From the human T2T-CHM13v2.0 reference genome, Homo sapiens: 64,000 bases of DNA. The notes under the pieces were generated by a model. The model made no database searches. It saw nothing but the letters and a program-made list of their open reading frames with translations, and had not been told where the DNA came from. Location of the stretch: assembly GCF_009914755.1 (NCBI RefSeq), contig NC_060931.1. The stretch is one strand, 5' to 3'. Shown here one piece after another: positions 34,701-52,360 of the stretch (its first letter is position 1; each line of letters begins with the position of its first letter). The position numbers and the translations under genes were made by a program.

Positions 34701-35186
34701 TCTCTGAACACATGGGTCCTGAAATGGAGCTTTCCAGAAGTTGGTGTCCAATTACCATTTAATATTTCATGAACATGTTTAGATCTAAGACATTTTAACA
34801 ATTTTAATTAATAGAAGGACAGCCTGCCCTCACAGAAGTCATTGTGAAGTTTATCTAAAAGGTGAGATTTTTAAACATAATTATTCCCTTGATACTGCCT
34901 CATTTCCACATTAGTCCTGTTGGAATACACTGGACCATATAATGGAGAGGAATGACAGAACCAGCCAAGGCTATGATGCTTCAGGAATAGTGCAAGGTTT
35001 CTCTGCAAATAGCTTCTTGAGATGCTTATGGTTCTTATATTGTTAAAATTAGAACTAGAAGCAATGGCAAGTAGTATCTTATTGGAGCCAGAAAGACCAT
35101 GTTTTCTTGTATATAAGAAATTATACTTTGAACTACCTGAACTGATCAGGCAGAATTTCAGGGTTTCTAGAATTCTTGATAATCTG

Positions 35187-35271
35187 TTTTTTTTTTTTTT
35201 AATTTTTTTTTTTTGTTAAAAGAAAAAAAAAAAAAAAGAAACAAACTACCCTGAGTTTTTTTTTTTTTTTT
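35187..35271. repeat. Juxtaposed poly-T / poly-A / poly-T tracts
   Basis: Direct reading. Confidence 0.85.
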
Positions 35272-37354
35272 ACTGATATAGCTCTATACTGCTGCAACCT
35301 GGGAGAGAAGGATCACAGTGTTTATTTTTAAATAAATTTTAGTGTCATTTCTGTGTTATATTTCATATACTGAATTCAAATTCCTCAATTTAAAAAGAAC
35401 TCACTCAGGTATTGATTGCAAAGATATATTTCTAGTAGTTATGCCTAATTGACAATTGCTGTCATTTACTTCTGGCCAACTTAAGAGTCCCAGGAATAAA
35501 GTGCTTCTTTCACTTTTAATCATTCATTACTCTCTCCTTTTCCTCCCTTGCAAAGTTTTTCCTGATTTTCTTTGTTTTCCCCTTGGCCATCCACCTTACA
35601 CCCCTTATTCCTACTCTTTGCCTTCATCATTTTGTCCTTGTAGAGTAGCTCAAGTCAGCCTTTGATTGTTAGTCAGACTCCATGGGCAATTCCCTCAATG
35701 TTTTCATTGTTTACATGAAAGCATCCAAATGTATAGCAAATAGACCAGCTGGAAACCTCCCCACAGACAGACGCATCCAAACAGGAGGTTCCTTGACGTG
35801 TTGTGGTGGGTCAGTCTGGTTCTGCTATCAGAAAGAACAGCCCACACCCATATGCACTGTTGCTCTTGAGTGGAAGGCTTGTGATAGCATCCACATGGAC
35901 TGGGCCTCAGCCAAAACTTAGCCTTTAGCACATACAGCAATACAGAATGATGTGACAACGACAGAGTTTTGGAATACTGTTTGTAGCATGCTGTTCTTTG
36001 GCATACTTTTTCAGAATGTAAGAACAGATTTCTCCTAATTTTCCCAAGACATATTGTTTATTATAGAATGAGGCTTTAAAAATGACTATAGATTTGAAGG
36101 CAATTGATCGACTTAATATTAAACTCAATATTTAGTGTACATATCTTGGAAATTTATTTTGAAATGTTGCATTGGTGACTCGTGCTTGAAAAAAACCACC
36201 TAATTTTAAATATTTCTCCAGGGTGTGAAAAGGGCAACATTAGTAATGAGACAAATAGAGTGATCCTTGACTCTAATTAGAGAAATACAGTGAAAATTTA
36301 TCAATAAAAGTAAAATGCTTAAAACCTAAAGCAAATATATTTAAAGACATTTCACAAATATAATATTGGCAGTTTCTGAACAATAATAACATATTTGCTG
36401 AGTATACATTCATGTTATACACTACACTAAAATCTTGTTTAAAAAATAAGCATAACATTTACACATTCTATTTAGAAGATGATGTATATTGTCTAATAAC
36501 ACACATTAAATCAGTACATATTTTTGTCATCAGTGATTTGAAAGAATAATGTGTTATAAATTTCTACCTAATTCATAGCACTATGCCATAATAAAGAAGA
36601 ATAATACTATTAAAAAATAACCATCTTGGTTTCATTTTTTAAAAGTCCCTTTCTTTACTTATCACTATTGTTTTAAAATAAATAAGGCAAACATAAATCA
36701 GACATGGACCAAAAAAAAAAAAAAAACACAAAACCCTAATGAAAGCAATTCTATGGGGGTAAATGTGGTTTGAGAAACATGTCCTTAGCCTATTCTAAAC
36801 AAACACCTTGGTAAAGGCAAACGGAACTTTGCAAATCAAATATCATCATTAGTAAGAGGAAAAAACAGTAGCATATTTCTGCCTTTCATGCTTGTTACTT
36901 CAGGTGGTTAACCTGAACTACAAACTCATTACTTGACACTCAAGATGTAGGCAAAATCAAATGCTATATTCCAACCCAAAATATATGTAGCAAGTCTACA
37001 GATTTGTCATACAACATGGGCAACATGCAACCACCAGTTTAAAGGGTTGCAACCAACTTCTTGTCTGTGTTCACAGACAAACTGCAGGAACCTGACCTCA
37101 AAGCCCAACCAGGCTCTGGAGGAAAAGCTGTGTGCCTCATTCCAAGCAACTTCAGAGTTTCAATGGATTTAAGACCTAGAAAGAGATCTGGAAAATAAAA
37201 GAGTAAAAATAACATTTCTTATCCCTCTTGATGAAAGACATATAATTGAATTCCAGAGAATGACTGATTGAAATTTTTATTTGTTTTTTTTCCAATTTGC
37301 TTATCTAGTGTAGACTTCACATATAGCCTGAAAGCCTATAAATTATGAGAGAGA

Positions 37355-37746
37355 GAGATACAATACCACTCACAAAAAGCTAGGTTATCCTGCACACAAA
37401 GAACCCCAATGTGTTTGTGGTTTACAACCATGGAGTTTTATTTTTCACTGATGCTCACGTCCATCAAAGCTGAGTTGTCAATTGGCTTCATCTTTCCTTC
37501 CCTCAGACTCAGGCTGCCTCGGTACCCTCTACCTGATTATTGTTGGTGGTTGTGATGTGGAAGGAAATGACATACCAACCACATGTTAGCTCTTAAAGCT
37601 TCTTCCCAGAGGAGACACTAACTACTCTTCACATGCTATTAGGTGAAGAGTCTCATGCCATGATGAATGTCAACAGGTCATACAAGCAAAGATAACTGTC
37701 TCCTGTCAAGAAAACATCTCTGTGGACAATAATATAGTTTACCACA
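37355..37746 (-). mobile_element. Old MLT1 (J/K/L-type) LTR
   Basis: taggttatcctgcacacaaagaaccccaa...gtggtttacaac...ttttatttttcactgatgc ... aataatatagtttaccaca. Confidence 0.65.
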
Positions 37747-37779
37747 GGTAGCAACAGGCACCATATATTCTGAGAGTTA

Positions 37780-38126
<347 letters not shown>

Positions 38127-40861
38127 AGAGAATGTTAGACTGATAGATACTTGGATGAGCTATGACGTAAGTAAGGCCAAGTACAATGGCCATGAACAGC
38201 AGATCCATGGTGCTACCATTAAAGTATTAGGGAGGAATTGGCAAAGTATCATGCTATCTAAAAACAGGCAGATGCTATTCAAAGTTAAGTATAGGGAGAT
38301 GAAATATTAAGCAACTTCCTTTCTTGCAAATTCAAGGGATTTCTTCATTTTTGACCCAGATATAGGAAAGAATTTTATTTATGCTTTAAGTAGCCATGAG
38401 ACTGCACTGCTTGAAGTAAAATGAGGTCTAAAATATCTTCTCAGATTTTGGCTCTTTCCTTGGTAATCCCAAAATTGGTTTCGTTCAGAAATCAGTGAAT
38501 TCTCCTATCTTTATTATAGGGAATCTACAGTTTTTGAGGTTCTGAGGACCTGATCTCTAATAGAAGCTTGAACTCTTTCTGACATTTTTGTTTTGATGGG
38601 AAAATTTTTCAATGTAATCACTTTTACAGGACCCAGACAAAAGTCCCAAATTTAAAATTTTATTCTCAGAAAATTTTTATAGATTTTTACAGTGAATACC
38701 AGGAATGCATCCAACAGAATTATTCAATGAAAGCAGAAAATACCACCATTATGAGTGAGATATCATGAACCCTATGCGGCAAAGATCTTGTTGCCCTGAA
38801 CATTTTGCTTCTTTAATCATCAGCTCTAGTTGTCATTTTAGACAACAAGGCAAACATTGGCATAGAGAAGCAGGAGGTAATATCAGGAGTTTCAGATGGG
38901 GTAACTTCTGGAAGCTGTTAGTAGCTTCTACTGTTTACCTCCTTTTCAATTTTTTTTTCACAAAAAAGGCACAATATCTGAAGGACACATGCTTCCTTTT
39001 AAAGTGTGAATGTTATTTTTAGCACTGGTATGGAAAGCAGCAGAAAATACAACAATTTATTTGCTCTGTTCATGAAAAGTGATTTTATTTTTGGGTTTAA
39101 AGAAATAATTGTGAATGTCTTTTGGGAAAACACAAATTTTAAGGTTTAAATTCAAGTGTCCCTTTCTGTAAGAACTTTTCTCATTTACGCGTTTTCATCT
39201 ATGGTGGATATGACATGATTATTTATGTCATCTTTTCTCCTTCCTACGGGGTCTTCTCTTGCAAAATGGCGCTGCATGGTCAGCACTGACTCAGAATGTG
39301 GAACAAGGTGAGGCTGCCTTTCTCACAGTATTTTATGTATATTCAAGCTGTGAAAAGTGTCACAGCAATACTCCCATTCTGTGTCAGCTGAACTGTATCT
39401 GCTCATATTCACATCTCGGATTGACTACAATTCAAACCTGGTTATTTGTTTCTTTATCAATTGTCACAAAATAAAAGGCATATTTTAGCAGTGTTTTTGA
39501 GCCCCCAAATAGGAAACTAATTTTTATAGAAATCTATACCATTCCGTCTTTGGGAGTATCAATCCTTAAACCAGCAGGTGAGACCACATTTTATTAAATG
39601 GCTCATTCTAATTCAGATCCTGGGGTGGTCTTACTTATGGATGAATTGTGCTGCTACCCCAAGAAAACCATTTAACCTATCTGCACTTACAGAGTGCCTC
39701 TGTGTACCTGCTGCTGTCTGATTTGAAGCCATGAAATGAGAGGCTTCTGTTTTTGAAATCAGTTTTTCAGAGGTGCTGGCTTTGACAGTGGCTACTCTTT
39801 ATTAAAGAAAGAACAAGACAAATAAACAGAGGTTTGACCACTACCTGTTTCATATTGGCCATTTCTACATGATGCAAAATGCCAGGTCATAAATGAGTCA
39901 TTCAGTATTCTGGGCTTCTCTGGATGGCCAATTCAGAGACTGAGGAAACTAAAATTACTGCCTGTAAATCATTCTTAGGATGAGAGAGAGAAAGAGGGAA
40001 AAGAAAGATTCACTGGATACATATTGACATATCCTTTGAGTACATGTATAAAAATTATATTCTTTATATTTTACTTACAGATATTGCTATTTGTTAAATA
40101 TGAACATGGTCAGTTTAATACATGCATTATGTTAACAAAATTTCAATTATTGAATAATTTGGGAATAAAGTTTCTTTTATAAATTCACTCACATAAAAGC
40201 AGGAAAGCTCTGCAGAAATCATGTCAAGAAGAACAGTTTACCTGAATTTGCAGGTGCATGATAAAAATATCCCAGTGCCCAGCTTCTATTTGTACCTGCC
40301 TAGATGAAGGTAAACAAATGCAACTAAGATCTTCCAATGACTTCTGTTTTCTATTGCATTGCTGGGTTATTCTTTGTCTTCTTTCTTTACAAAATAGGAA
40401 CTAACATACCTGTGTCTGATTTATTCTCCATATGTTATGCCATTTATTGTTATTTAAAAAAAACCACAATGTAAAATGTACTCAATAAAGAAACTTGTAA
40501 GACAGAAAGAAATAAATAAAAAACACATAAATCATCTGTCATGTCATCACCAAAAATAACTAATGGTAACATATGGTTTGCCCTTCCGGTAATTTTTCTG
40601 TGTCTGTGCCTCATCTCTTCCTTGGCTGCCTTCTCTTTTCTATCCGCATTCTTTTTCTAGGTGATATCCTCTAGGCATGCCTATAATCCATCCTTCACAG
40701 GCTAGATGGAGTTTACTTTTAAAAACTCTCCAGTTTGAAACCCTCCAATGGCTTCCTGCTGCACTTGGAATACATTTCAAAGTCCTTATGTTCTTCTTGC
40801 TGAGTCTTTTACAACCTTCCTCTCTGACTTTGTACAGTCTGATTTTCTTGCCCTCCTCATT

Positions 40862-41336
40862 TTTGTTTGCTTTCTATTGCTGAAATAAATTGCTACTAAT
40901 TTAGTGGCTTAAAGCAACACAGATTTCTTATCTTTTTGTTCTGGAGTTCAAAAGTCAACAAGAGGTCTCTCTCGGCTAAAATCAAAGTGTTGGCAAGCTC
41001 CATTTCTTTCTGGAGGCTCAATGGAATAATCCATTCCTTTGCCTTTTCCAGCTTCTAGTAACCATCTGTATTGCATGGCTCATGGCCCCCTTCAAAGGCA
41101 GCAATGTTTGGCTCAGTGTCACCCTGTCATCTGTCTGGTCCTCCTTCTGAGTGTCTTCCACTTATAAAGACCCTTAGGATTATATTGGGCCCACCCAGAT
41201 ATTCCAGGATAATCTTTTGGTTAGCCACCTTATCCATCTGCAACCTCAATTCTCCCTTACTATGTAACATAATGTATTCATAGATTCTGAAGATTAGGAT
41301 GCAGTCATCTTTGGAGAGGGGCCATATTCTATCACA
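40862..41336 (-). mobile_element. MLT1D-type LTR
   Basis: ttagtggcttaaagcaacacagattt...ggctaaaatcaaagtgttggca...attgggcccacccagat...gattaggatg. Confidence 0.82.
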
Positions 41337-41999
41337 TTCTGAAGCATTCCTTAGAGAGTCAAAGATGACTATCCACTATCCCTAACTTCACCAAGCATGG
41401 AGACCCTGCATTGGCCCAGTGATAGCCACTATGATATAAAGATTACCATACTTGGCCAAATGAATAAATTGAGAAGTCAGAACTGTTGGAATATTGCAAA
41501 CAGTATAAGGTGAGAGAAACATTCGGAGGAAGTGCAAGTTTATTCAGCTAAAGTTTATAGGGCTAATAAAAATACTTGTTTCATTGTCCTGACATCAGTT
41601 TATTGTAATTAACCAAATATAGACTTTAGCTTTCTTTTCTTTTTATAGAACTTCCTCAAAAACAGTTAATACATTTTGTTGCAACCTATTATCTGACCAC
41701 TCAAAGATTATTGAATATATTATATGGGATGGCCCTGGGGATATAGTTTTGAATGAGACTAGAACTGCCTTTCAAGTGACTCACTAGTTTAATGAGATAA
41801 TCAGATAAGTGACCATTTAAAATACAGACTACATAGGATTTAGCCTGGGTTTTGGAGAGTCTTGTTGGAGTTCAAAAGAGGCTAAGCAGAAAGAGTGACC
41901 TAATGCAGTCTAAATTAGAAAGGTTCCCGAAATTTTTCCAAATGGAGATGAACCAACAATTGAGGAAGGGCATCCATCAACAGGTATCAAACTTCTTCC

Positions 42000-42132
42000 T
42001 TTGTTGTATTTTTCCTTCCCCTAGAAGCAGCTTTATGAAAGGCTCTTACTTCTCTCACCTCATCACTGTTTCCCCAGCATGTAGACTGGTTTCTGGCACA
42101 TAGTAGGTTCTCTATCGATATCTACTGAATAT
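42000..42132 (+). mobile_element. L2 3' end
   Basis: tccccagcatgtagactggtttctggcacatagtaggttctc. Confidence 0.65.
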
Positions 42133-42668
42133 GAGAATAATATATGTATACAAAATATGCAATTTTACTTTATAGAAAGGAAGTCATACAAAATGGCCTA
42201 TTTGGTAACATGTTTGCTTTTAGTTAGCAATATGTAACCATCATTGTCTGATAACCATTTTGACAGAAATTCAATCTCAAATAAATGTTTATTCAATCAG
42301 AGCTTTCTATGTTAGATTTCTTTATTTATAATTATGGAAGAATAAACATTGTTTCCTTTAGTTCTTAAAGGAGCTTCGGGGGCCAAAAGTGTGTTTGAAT
42401 TATAATTCTCCAAAGCCTAAAATCTGCATTTGTTTAACAAGAGTCTATTCAAAGTCCTTTGTACTTTAAATCTTTCCTTATATCTGTTTCCTGCCTGAGC
42501 TTGGAGCTATGGATCCTGGAGACTCACCTATTTTTTTTTTAATAGATAGGTTTTCTGTGATAGTTTATTTTCAATACAACTATCTCAAAATTTTGAGCAT
42601 ACTCTTGCTTTCCAGTAAATAAATATGCCAACCTTCAAACCTCCATCCACCTGGTTCCAAGACTTTTT

Positions 42669-46065
<3,397 letters not shown>

Positions 46066-49000
46066 GTTCCAATACTTTAATGTTATTTTATATAATAGTA
46101 ACCAATCCTCATAACTCTATTCCAAATCTATCAAATTATAGTGAGGCATGGCAGTAGAAGGAGAGTATTGGAGGAAAGGTAAGTAGAAGCAGATAGAAAA
46201 AGAGGCATTTCATAATCATTTCAGGTTGTCTATAATGTATAGTTTTCAGAGGAAAAGTAAACATAAAAATGCCTAGATAGAAAAGCCTGTTTAATATGTA
46301 GAATTACATTTCTGTAACAAGAATCCCTTCCCCAATGTATCACAATCTTCTAGAACAGCTTTTGATAAATTTTAAAGACTCAATATCAAATGAATGGATA
46401 GATAAATTACAGAATATATTAGTGAGAGGTTTTGAAGAAAAGGCAGTTTTGTTGCAATACAGAAAGCTAAATTAACTTAACACTACAAAGATGCTTCATG
46501 CAGACCAACAAGAACAATAGTTAACAGTTGAAAACCTGTTTCTGTGTTTTAGCCGCCCCTCACCCACAATGTATACCCATAGTGATAACATTTTCTTAAT
46601 AAAAAATTGAATCACATCATTTGACTGAATGAAAAGGAAAGGGTATGAGGGGAAGAGGTTTTGGAAGAAAGGGAAAGAAGCCACAGTGCATCAACTCATG
46701 AGGAATGCTTTCACACCTGCCGCTTCCCTCCCACTTTGTTACACATCCCTGTAAGGCGTGCCCTTCACTCCTCATTTCTGAGAAGCACTAGCCAGTGAGC
46801 TATATTAATCAAGGTATTATTTCTCTGAAAGTTATTCAGCAAAAAAAAACCTTTAAAGTAAAGCAAAACACAAAAAAAATACAAAAAAGCAAAAACCTTG
46901 TATGTAGCACCATATAAAAATATTTTAAAATGGCATGATCCTCTATAACACGGGATATATGGCCACTATATTTGTATAGCAACTACTTCCAGACATACAC
47001 GGAAGAATATGTTATCATACTTTAATGATTTCTGAAAGATATCTACCAAAAAATAGTATAAAATACTATAAAAGAGCTCCCGTGTAGTTTCCAAAGTCCA
47101 CCAATATTTTCAAATCCTACGTTACATAAAGAGTTTCTTTAAAAATTGACTCGAGGAATGTTTCCTATTTTAGATGTCACTATGATTTTAAATGTTAACA
47201 TACAATAGCAAAGTGCACCTCATTTTTCCTATTTCATTTTTTTCCCTCATCAATCTGACTTTGTTTTTGTAGGGAGTGCTCTAGGTGAGGCATGAACTTA
47301 CAGCCTTGGCATCATAAATACCGTGTACTAATCAACTGTGCAACTGGAACAACCAGACTTTTCTTAAATGGTTAATGATATGACTCATACATTGATACAT
47401 ACAATGATATTGTTAAAATCACCCAGTGTATCACTTACTCTACATTTAAAAGCCCTGTGTGAAAATGACTGCTTATTTTTATTAGTAATTAATCATTATA
47501 AAGCCATTTAATGGAGTTATGTATTCTTATAAATCTCTGAATACCTGCAGTCAAATTTAAATATTCTCTTAGTTTTATATTTCCTCTCTACATTAGATCT
47601 TTTTGTTGGTTTTTTAAAGACATGCCACTTTTGATCTTAATATTAAGCATATTGATTTACTTAAGGACATGAAGAATCCAGTTTTAACAAGTGTATCGTT
47701 CACAAAAATGTCTCCTATATGGCTGTACTCTTTTTCCATTTCCTGGTTTTGAATAGTCTTATTTCTGTCATCAACAATGAACTTTAAGGTACCTCATTTC
47801 AACTAGAGCAAATGGCTGTTGAATTCAATGACTCACTCAGCATAGAAATTCATTAGACATTGGTTTATCAGTCAAAGATGACATTTGTTTTGAGCCAGAT
47901 GGGTTTTCTTGAGGAAATCCTCTAACTGGATTGGATTTTAGCTTTCCTACACTATTAAACATCACTGTTTCATATGGCACACACAGCCTGTAATATATTT
48001 GTATATATTTGACAGGATTTTAATAGCCATGGTTTTAAAAATAAAAGATTACACTTTTTCTGAAGTTTATCTGTTTGCAGTATTTGATATTTTATGGGTT
48101 TTAAAACATGCATCATCTTATAAATATATTTCCAAAGCCTAAAATCTTGGGATATATTTTTAAATTAAAATGTTAAACAATAACACCAAAGAAGAAAATC
48201 TCATTTGACTAGGCTACATAGTAACAGTGGGATAGAATAGTTGATCCACAGTGCAACTTTTCTTGGGCATTGGTGTCTCTATCTTTTCTATTTTCTATAT
48301 CCTACACACCCTAACAATTGGCAAGTCATGAGATTTCTACTTAGAAGAAAAACCATTCTATTTTCACAAATACCATACCCAGTCAAGACATCTTCATGTA
48401 CTGCAGAGACAACAGCAATACTGATCTAATTTGCATTCCATCTTCAAATCTTACTGTTTAAATTAATCCTCATAAGAGCAGTCAGTAATCTTTTAAAAAG
48501 ATAGATTAGGGAATGTTACTTATTGTAATAAGAACTTGGTAATTTGGGCCAATCCTACCAATGTGGACAACTTGTGCTGCTGTATACATATACATCTCCA
48601 GATGCATCTTTGTGTATATATACATGAATAGGTGTGTACACACACACACATACACACACATTTGAAAGCTTAGAAGACTAATAAGAGAGTAAAAAAATGG
48701 TGTTACCATCTGGCTAAAGATGGAGATCTGGAGAGGTGGGCTACTCTTGCCTTATGGGTTTTCACTCATTTCAGGAGGGTTGGTTGATCAAGTGTACAGT
48801 GCTTTTGTCAGACTCATGGGACTGAGTCCAGGGTCTACCAAAGTATGGGGCTTGGCAAATGTCCCTGGTCTTGGGTTGGGACCCCAAATGGCAGTGCTTT
48901 AGCAATAAAAGAAAATCAGAATCAGGCACTCTCACAAGGACCACAGCTTTGCTTTGATTCTCTCCATCTCTGTAATCCTACAGAGCAAGGACGATGAACA

Positions 49001-49384
49001 AACCAAAGCCAAAGCCAACAAAAAGCAAATTCCACAAACATAGCATGGAATAAATGTACCTAGACACAAAAGAATAGATACTAAGTTATTTTATTTATTT
49101 CAACACACAATATATAATGTTTAGGAATGTATTCTTAGGTGTTAAGGTCATATGAAAAATCAAGAAAGTATTTATAATAAAAGGCAAGATAATGGTTCCT
49201 CTGGTGTACAGAGGAGAGAGAACATAAGAAAATCTTCTGTGTTACTGCCAATCTTCCTCTATTTTGGAGTGATGTGTACACATATGATCACTTTGTGATA
49301 AATCAGCAAGTGTATATTTTATTTTGAAATTTGTGTACCTGTGTGCTGTATTTATACTAAGAATGTTAAATTGTAAGTTAGATC

Positions 49385-49870
49385 ATATTACTCTGTATTG
49401 AAAATATTCCAGTTACCTGTGATTGTCTACCTCCCTGTTCTCATCTGGAAACAGCCTGCCCCCGGCCCCATTGCTCGTTTTACTCTAGGTACATGGAATT
49501 CCTTGCTCTTGTTCAAAAGGACAAAAATCTTGCCCATTTTAGTCTTTGGACTTGAACTTTCTTCTCTTCCTGCAATACACTTTTATTGACTTGATCCATA
49601 ATTGTTTCCCAATCCTTCAGCCCCCTATTAATTGTAGCCTTCTTAGAGACGTATTTCTTGACCAGTCATTCTAAATTGACAACTGAAAACCCAACAAATG
49701 CTCCATATCGCCTTGTTTATTTCCTTCATATTGGAAAGCAGATGATGACATTTGATTTGTAATTAATATATCTTTTATCCAAGGTAAAATATTTGCTGTA
49801 ATGTAAGATCTATGATGGGAGGTATACTTTTGGTTTTTATTCTCAGCACTAAATGAATCATAGGCCAACG
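49385..49870 (+). mobile_element. Degraded L2 fragment
   Basis: gatcatattactctg...ccttgctcttgttcaaaagg...taagatctatgatgggagg. Confidence 0.5.
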
Positions 49871-50992
49871 AAAATTATTTTGAGAAAAGACTTTGTGCAA
49901 TTCCTAAAAATTAGTCTATTATACCATGGGTGGTAGGAGAAGCTTAGGATCTCATCATATAATTTGGTTATCCTAGCTATGCTGCTAAGCAAAACAAATA
50001 TTTATTTAGCCCAGATATGTAGAATTATCTTAGACAAATTTTCATATGTGTCCAGTGCCAGTTTTCAAAATGACGTCTTTTTATGGCAACACCTAAGTGA
50101 AGTATTTCTTTCAGGGACATTATACACAAAGGAAAGTAAATGTTTTAGTTCAGGTGGTAATGACAAAGTTTTCGTAATGATACAAGTTATTTGTAATGCT
50201 AAAGTTATTGCGTTTCATTTTTACTTGAGGAATTACATATGCCATTTTAGAAACTTTACTTGGATGTGTATGACTGTATTTCCCGCCGTAGTTAGTTTTT
50301 AAGAAAGAATGTTTCACCTAAAGCCATATTCACCTTTCCAGAGTAAAAAATCAATATTTAGCCTTAAATTAATAAACTATGTTTTTGTTATTATTGGTCC
50401 TTTTGATACTGTATCTCTTTCCATTTCATTAAAATTAAATAACTTACCTGCCATATTTATTATCTGAATACTAATTTATTTTCCCATTTAATTTTTTTCT
50501 TTACTCTTTGGTGTTTCTTTGCTCAGACCAAACCTAGTCTTGATCTAGTTGCACTGTGCTTTCTTTGAAGTTCAAATGCATCTAATGAATCATGGCAGTA
50601 CTCTCTATCACCTTACAGGCATCAAAGTAAATCAGCCAGAACAGGGATAGAAATTCCAAAGGTCCCTGCCACCTGTGCTGCAACATTCACTCCAAGTAAA
50701 CACTTAGTCATCTCTTTAGTTGTGAACAGTGATGTGGCCCAGGAGCCTTTCACCGAAGGTGGCCCAGCACTTGCTGCTGAGTTTTCATGCACTTTGCTTG
50801 CATTTATCGCCACCATGAAAATTACCCAAGGATTGAAAAGTCTATCAAGTATAGAGGAGAGAAAGCTAACAGGTTCACAGATGCAGATAATTTAGTGTTT
50901 TAATGAAACCCTGGATTAGATAATGCACTTCTCTCTTTTATTTAATTTTTTAATGTTACCTGTCTGCTATTATACACCATTTGTTCTTATAG

Positions 50993-50993
<1 letters not shown>

Positions 50994-51044
<51 letters not shown>

Positions 51045-51059
51045 CTCTCTCTCTCTCTC
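50994..51059. repeat. Compound (CA)n(CT)n microsatellite
   Basis: Direct reading. Confidence 0.97.
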
Positions 51060-51959
51060 ACCCCTACCTCAAGCAAAGGAGGTTGCAACACTTTTTCTCA
51101 AAAATAACAAATCAACCTGTAATTCTTCACACTAACGGTAAGGTTTATGTGTTTGCTTCAAGTTAAAATTACTACCTTTCAGATGGATTATCTTTTTATT
51201 TTTATTTTTTATTTTTTTTGAGATCCACCTAGGCTGTCAGAGTTCCACATTTGGCATCATTACACCCAGTTAATGTAAGACAGCTTATTTTTATATTGCG
51301 GTGTTTTATAGATTTTTTTATTGCACCATTAAGAGCATTTTGTTTTCTGCAATATTCCCAGATTTTCTTGTCATAATACACAACATCCCACAGTCCCACT
51401 TTGTGCCAAATCTCATAGCATTCACTTACATTCTACTTTTCTGCCTCAGAAGGCTAGGTAATGAGCTGAGCTTCAGAAAAAGAAATTGCTGGTTTAGTTT
51501 TTTTGCATTACAGCCCAAACAGATTGTTTTCTTTTCGATAACTAGCCAATGCTCAGTTCACAGATATTTCCCCTGGTAGGTAAGCATTGCCGATTTAGTG
51601 TCCAGTAGCATGTTTACAGTTCATAAATGTCATCTGATTTTCAATTTTTAACCTGAGAAATACAATGTTTCTTTCAATATTCTGTAAATTTTAATGGAAA
51701 TTTTGTGGAATTTCTCAGTTGTTCAGTGAAGCAAAAATTTGTTCAGCATGCCTGTTTTAATCCTAATGAAAACTATTAAGGAGTTTATATTCTTGATATT
51801 GACTATTTTTGACAATATAGTATTACAAAACCATTTCGACAGAAGCAGTTTTAGCTTTGGAGTTTACACAGATTATTACTGTATTATCTATGACTTTCAT
51901 TCACTCAAAGTACATACATATCTCATAAAGACACCATTTGAGATTGCCACCATTTAAAA

Positions 51960-52360
51960 AATTAATAAATAATAGTTGTTCACATTTATGAGGTACATAT
52001 GATATTTTCACATATGCATACAATGTGTAATGATCCAATCAGGGTAATTGGGATATCTGTCACCTCAAACATTTATTGTTCCTTTGTGTGGGGAACATTA
52101 AAAATCTTCTCTCCTAGTGATTTTGAAATATATGATAAATTATTGTTAACTCTAGTCACCCTACTGTGCTATTGAACACTAGAACGTATTCCTTCTAACT
52201 GTATTTTTGTACCCATTAACCAACCTCTTTTTGACCCCTTCTCTCTGATATACTTCTCAGCCTTTGGTAAACACCATGCTACTTACTACCTCCATGAGAT
52301 CAATTTTTTTGCTTCTACATGTGAGTGGGAACATGTGATATACGTCTTTCCGTGCCTTCT
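51960..52360 (-). mobile_element. L1MA 3' end fragment
   Basis: catttatgaggtacatatgatattt...caatgtgtaatgatccaatcagggtaattgggatatc...gtgagtgggaacatgtga. Confidence 0.85.
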
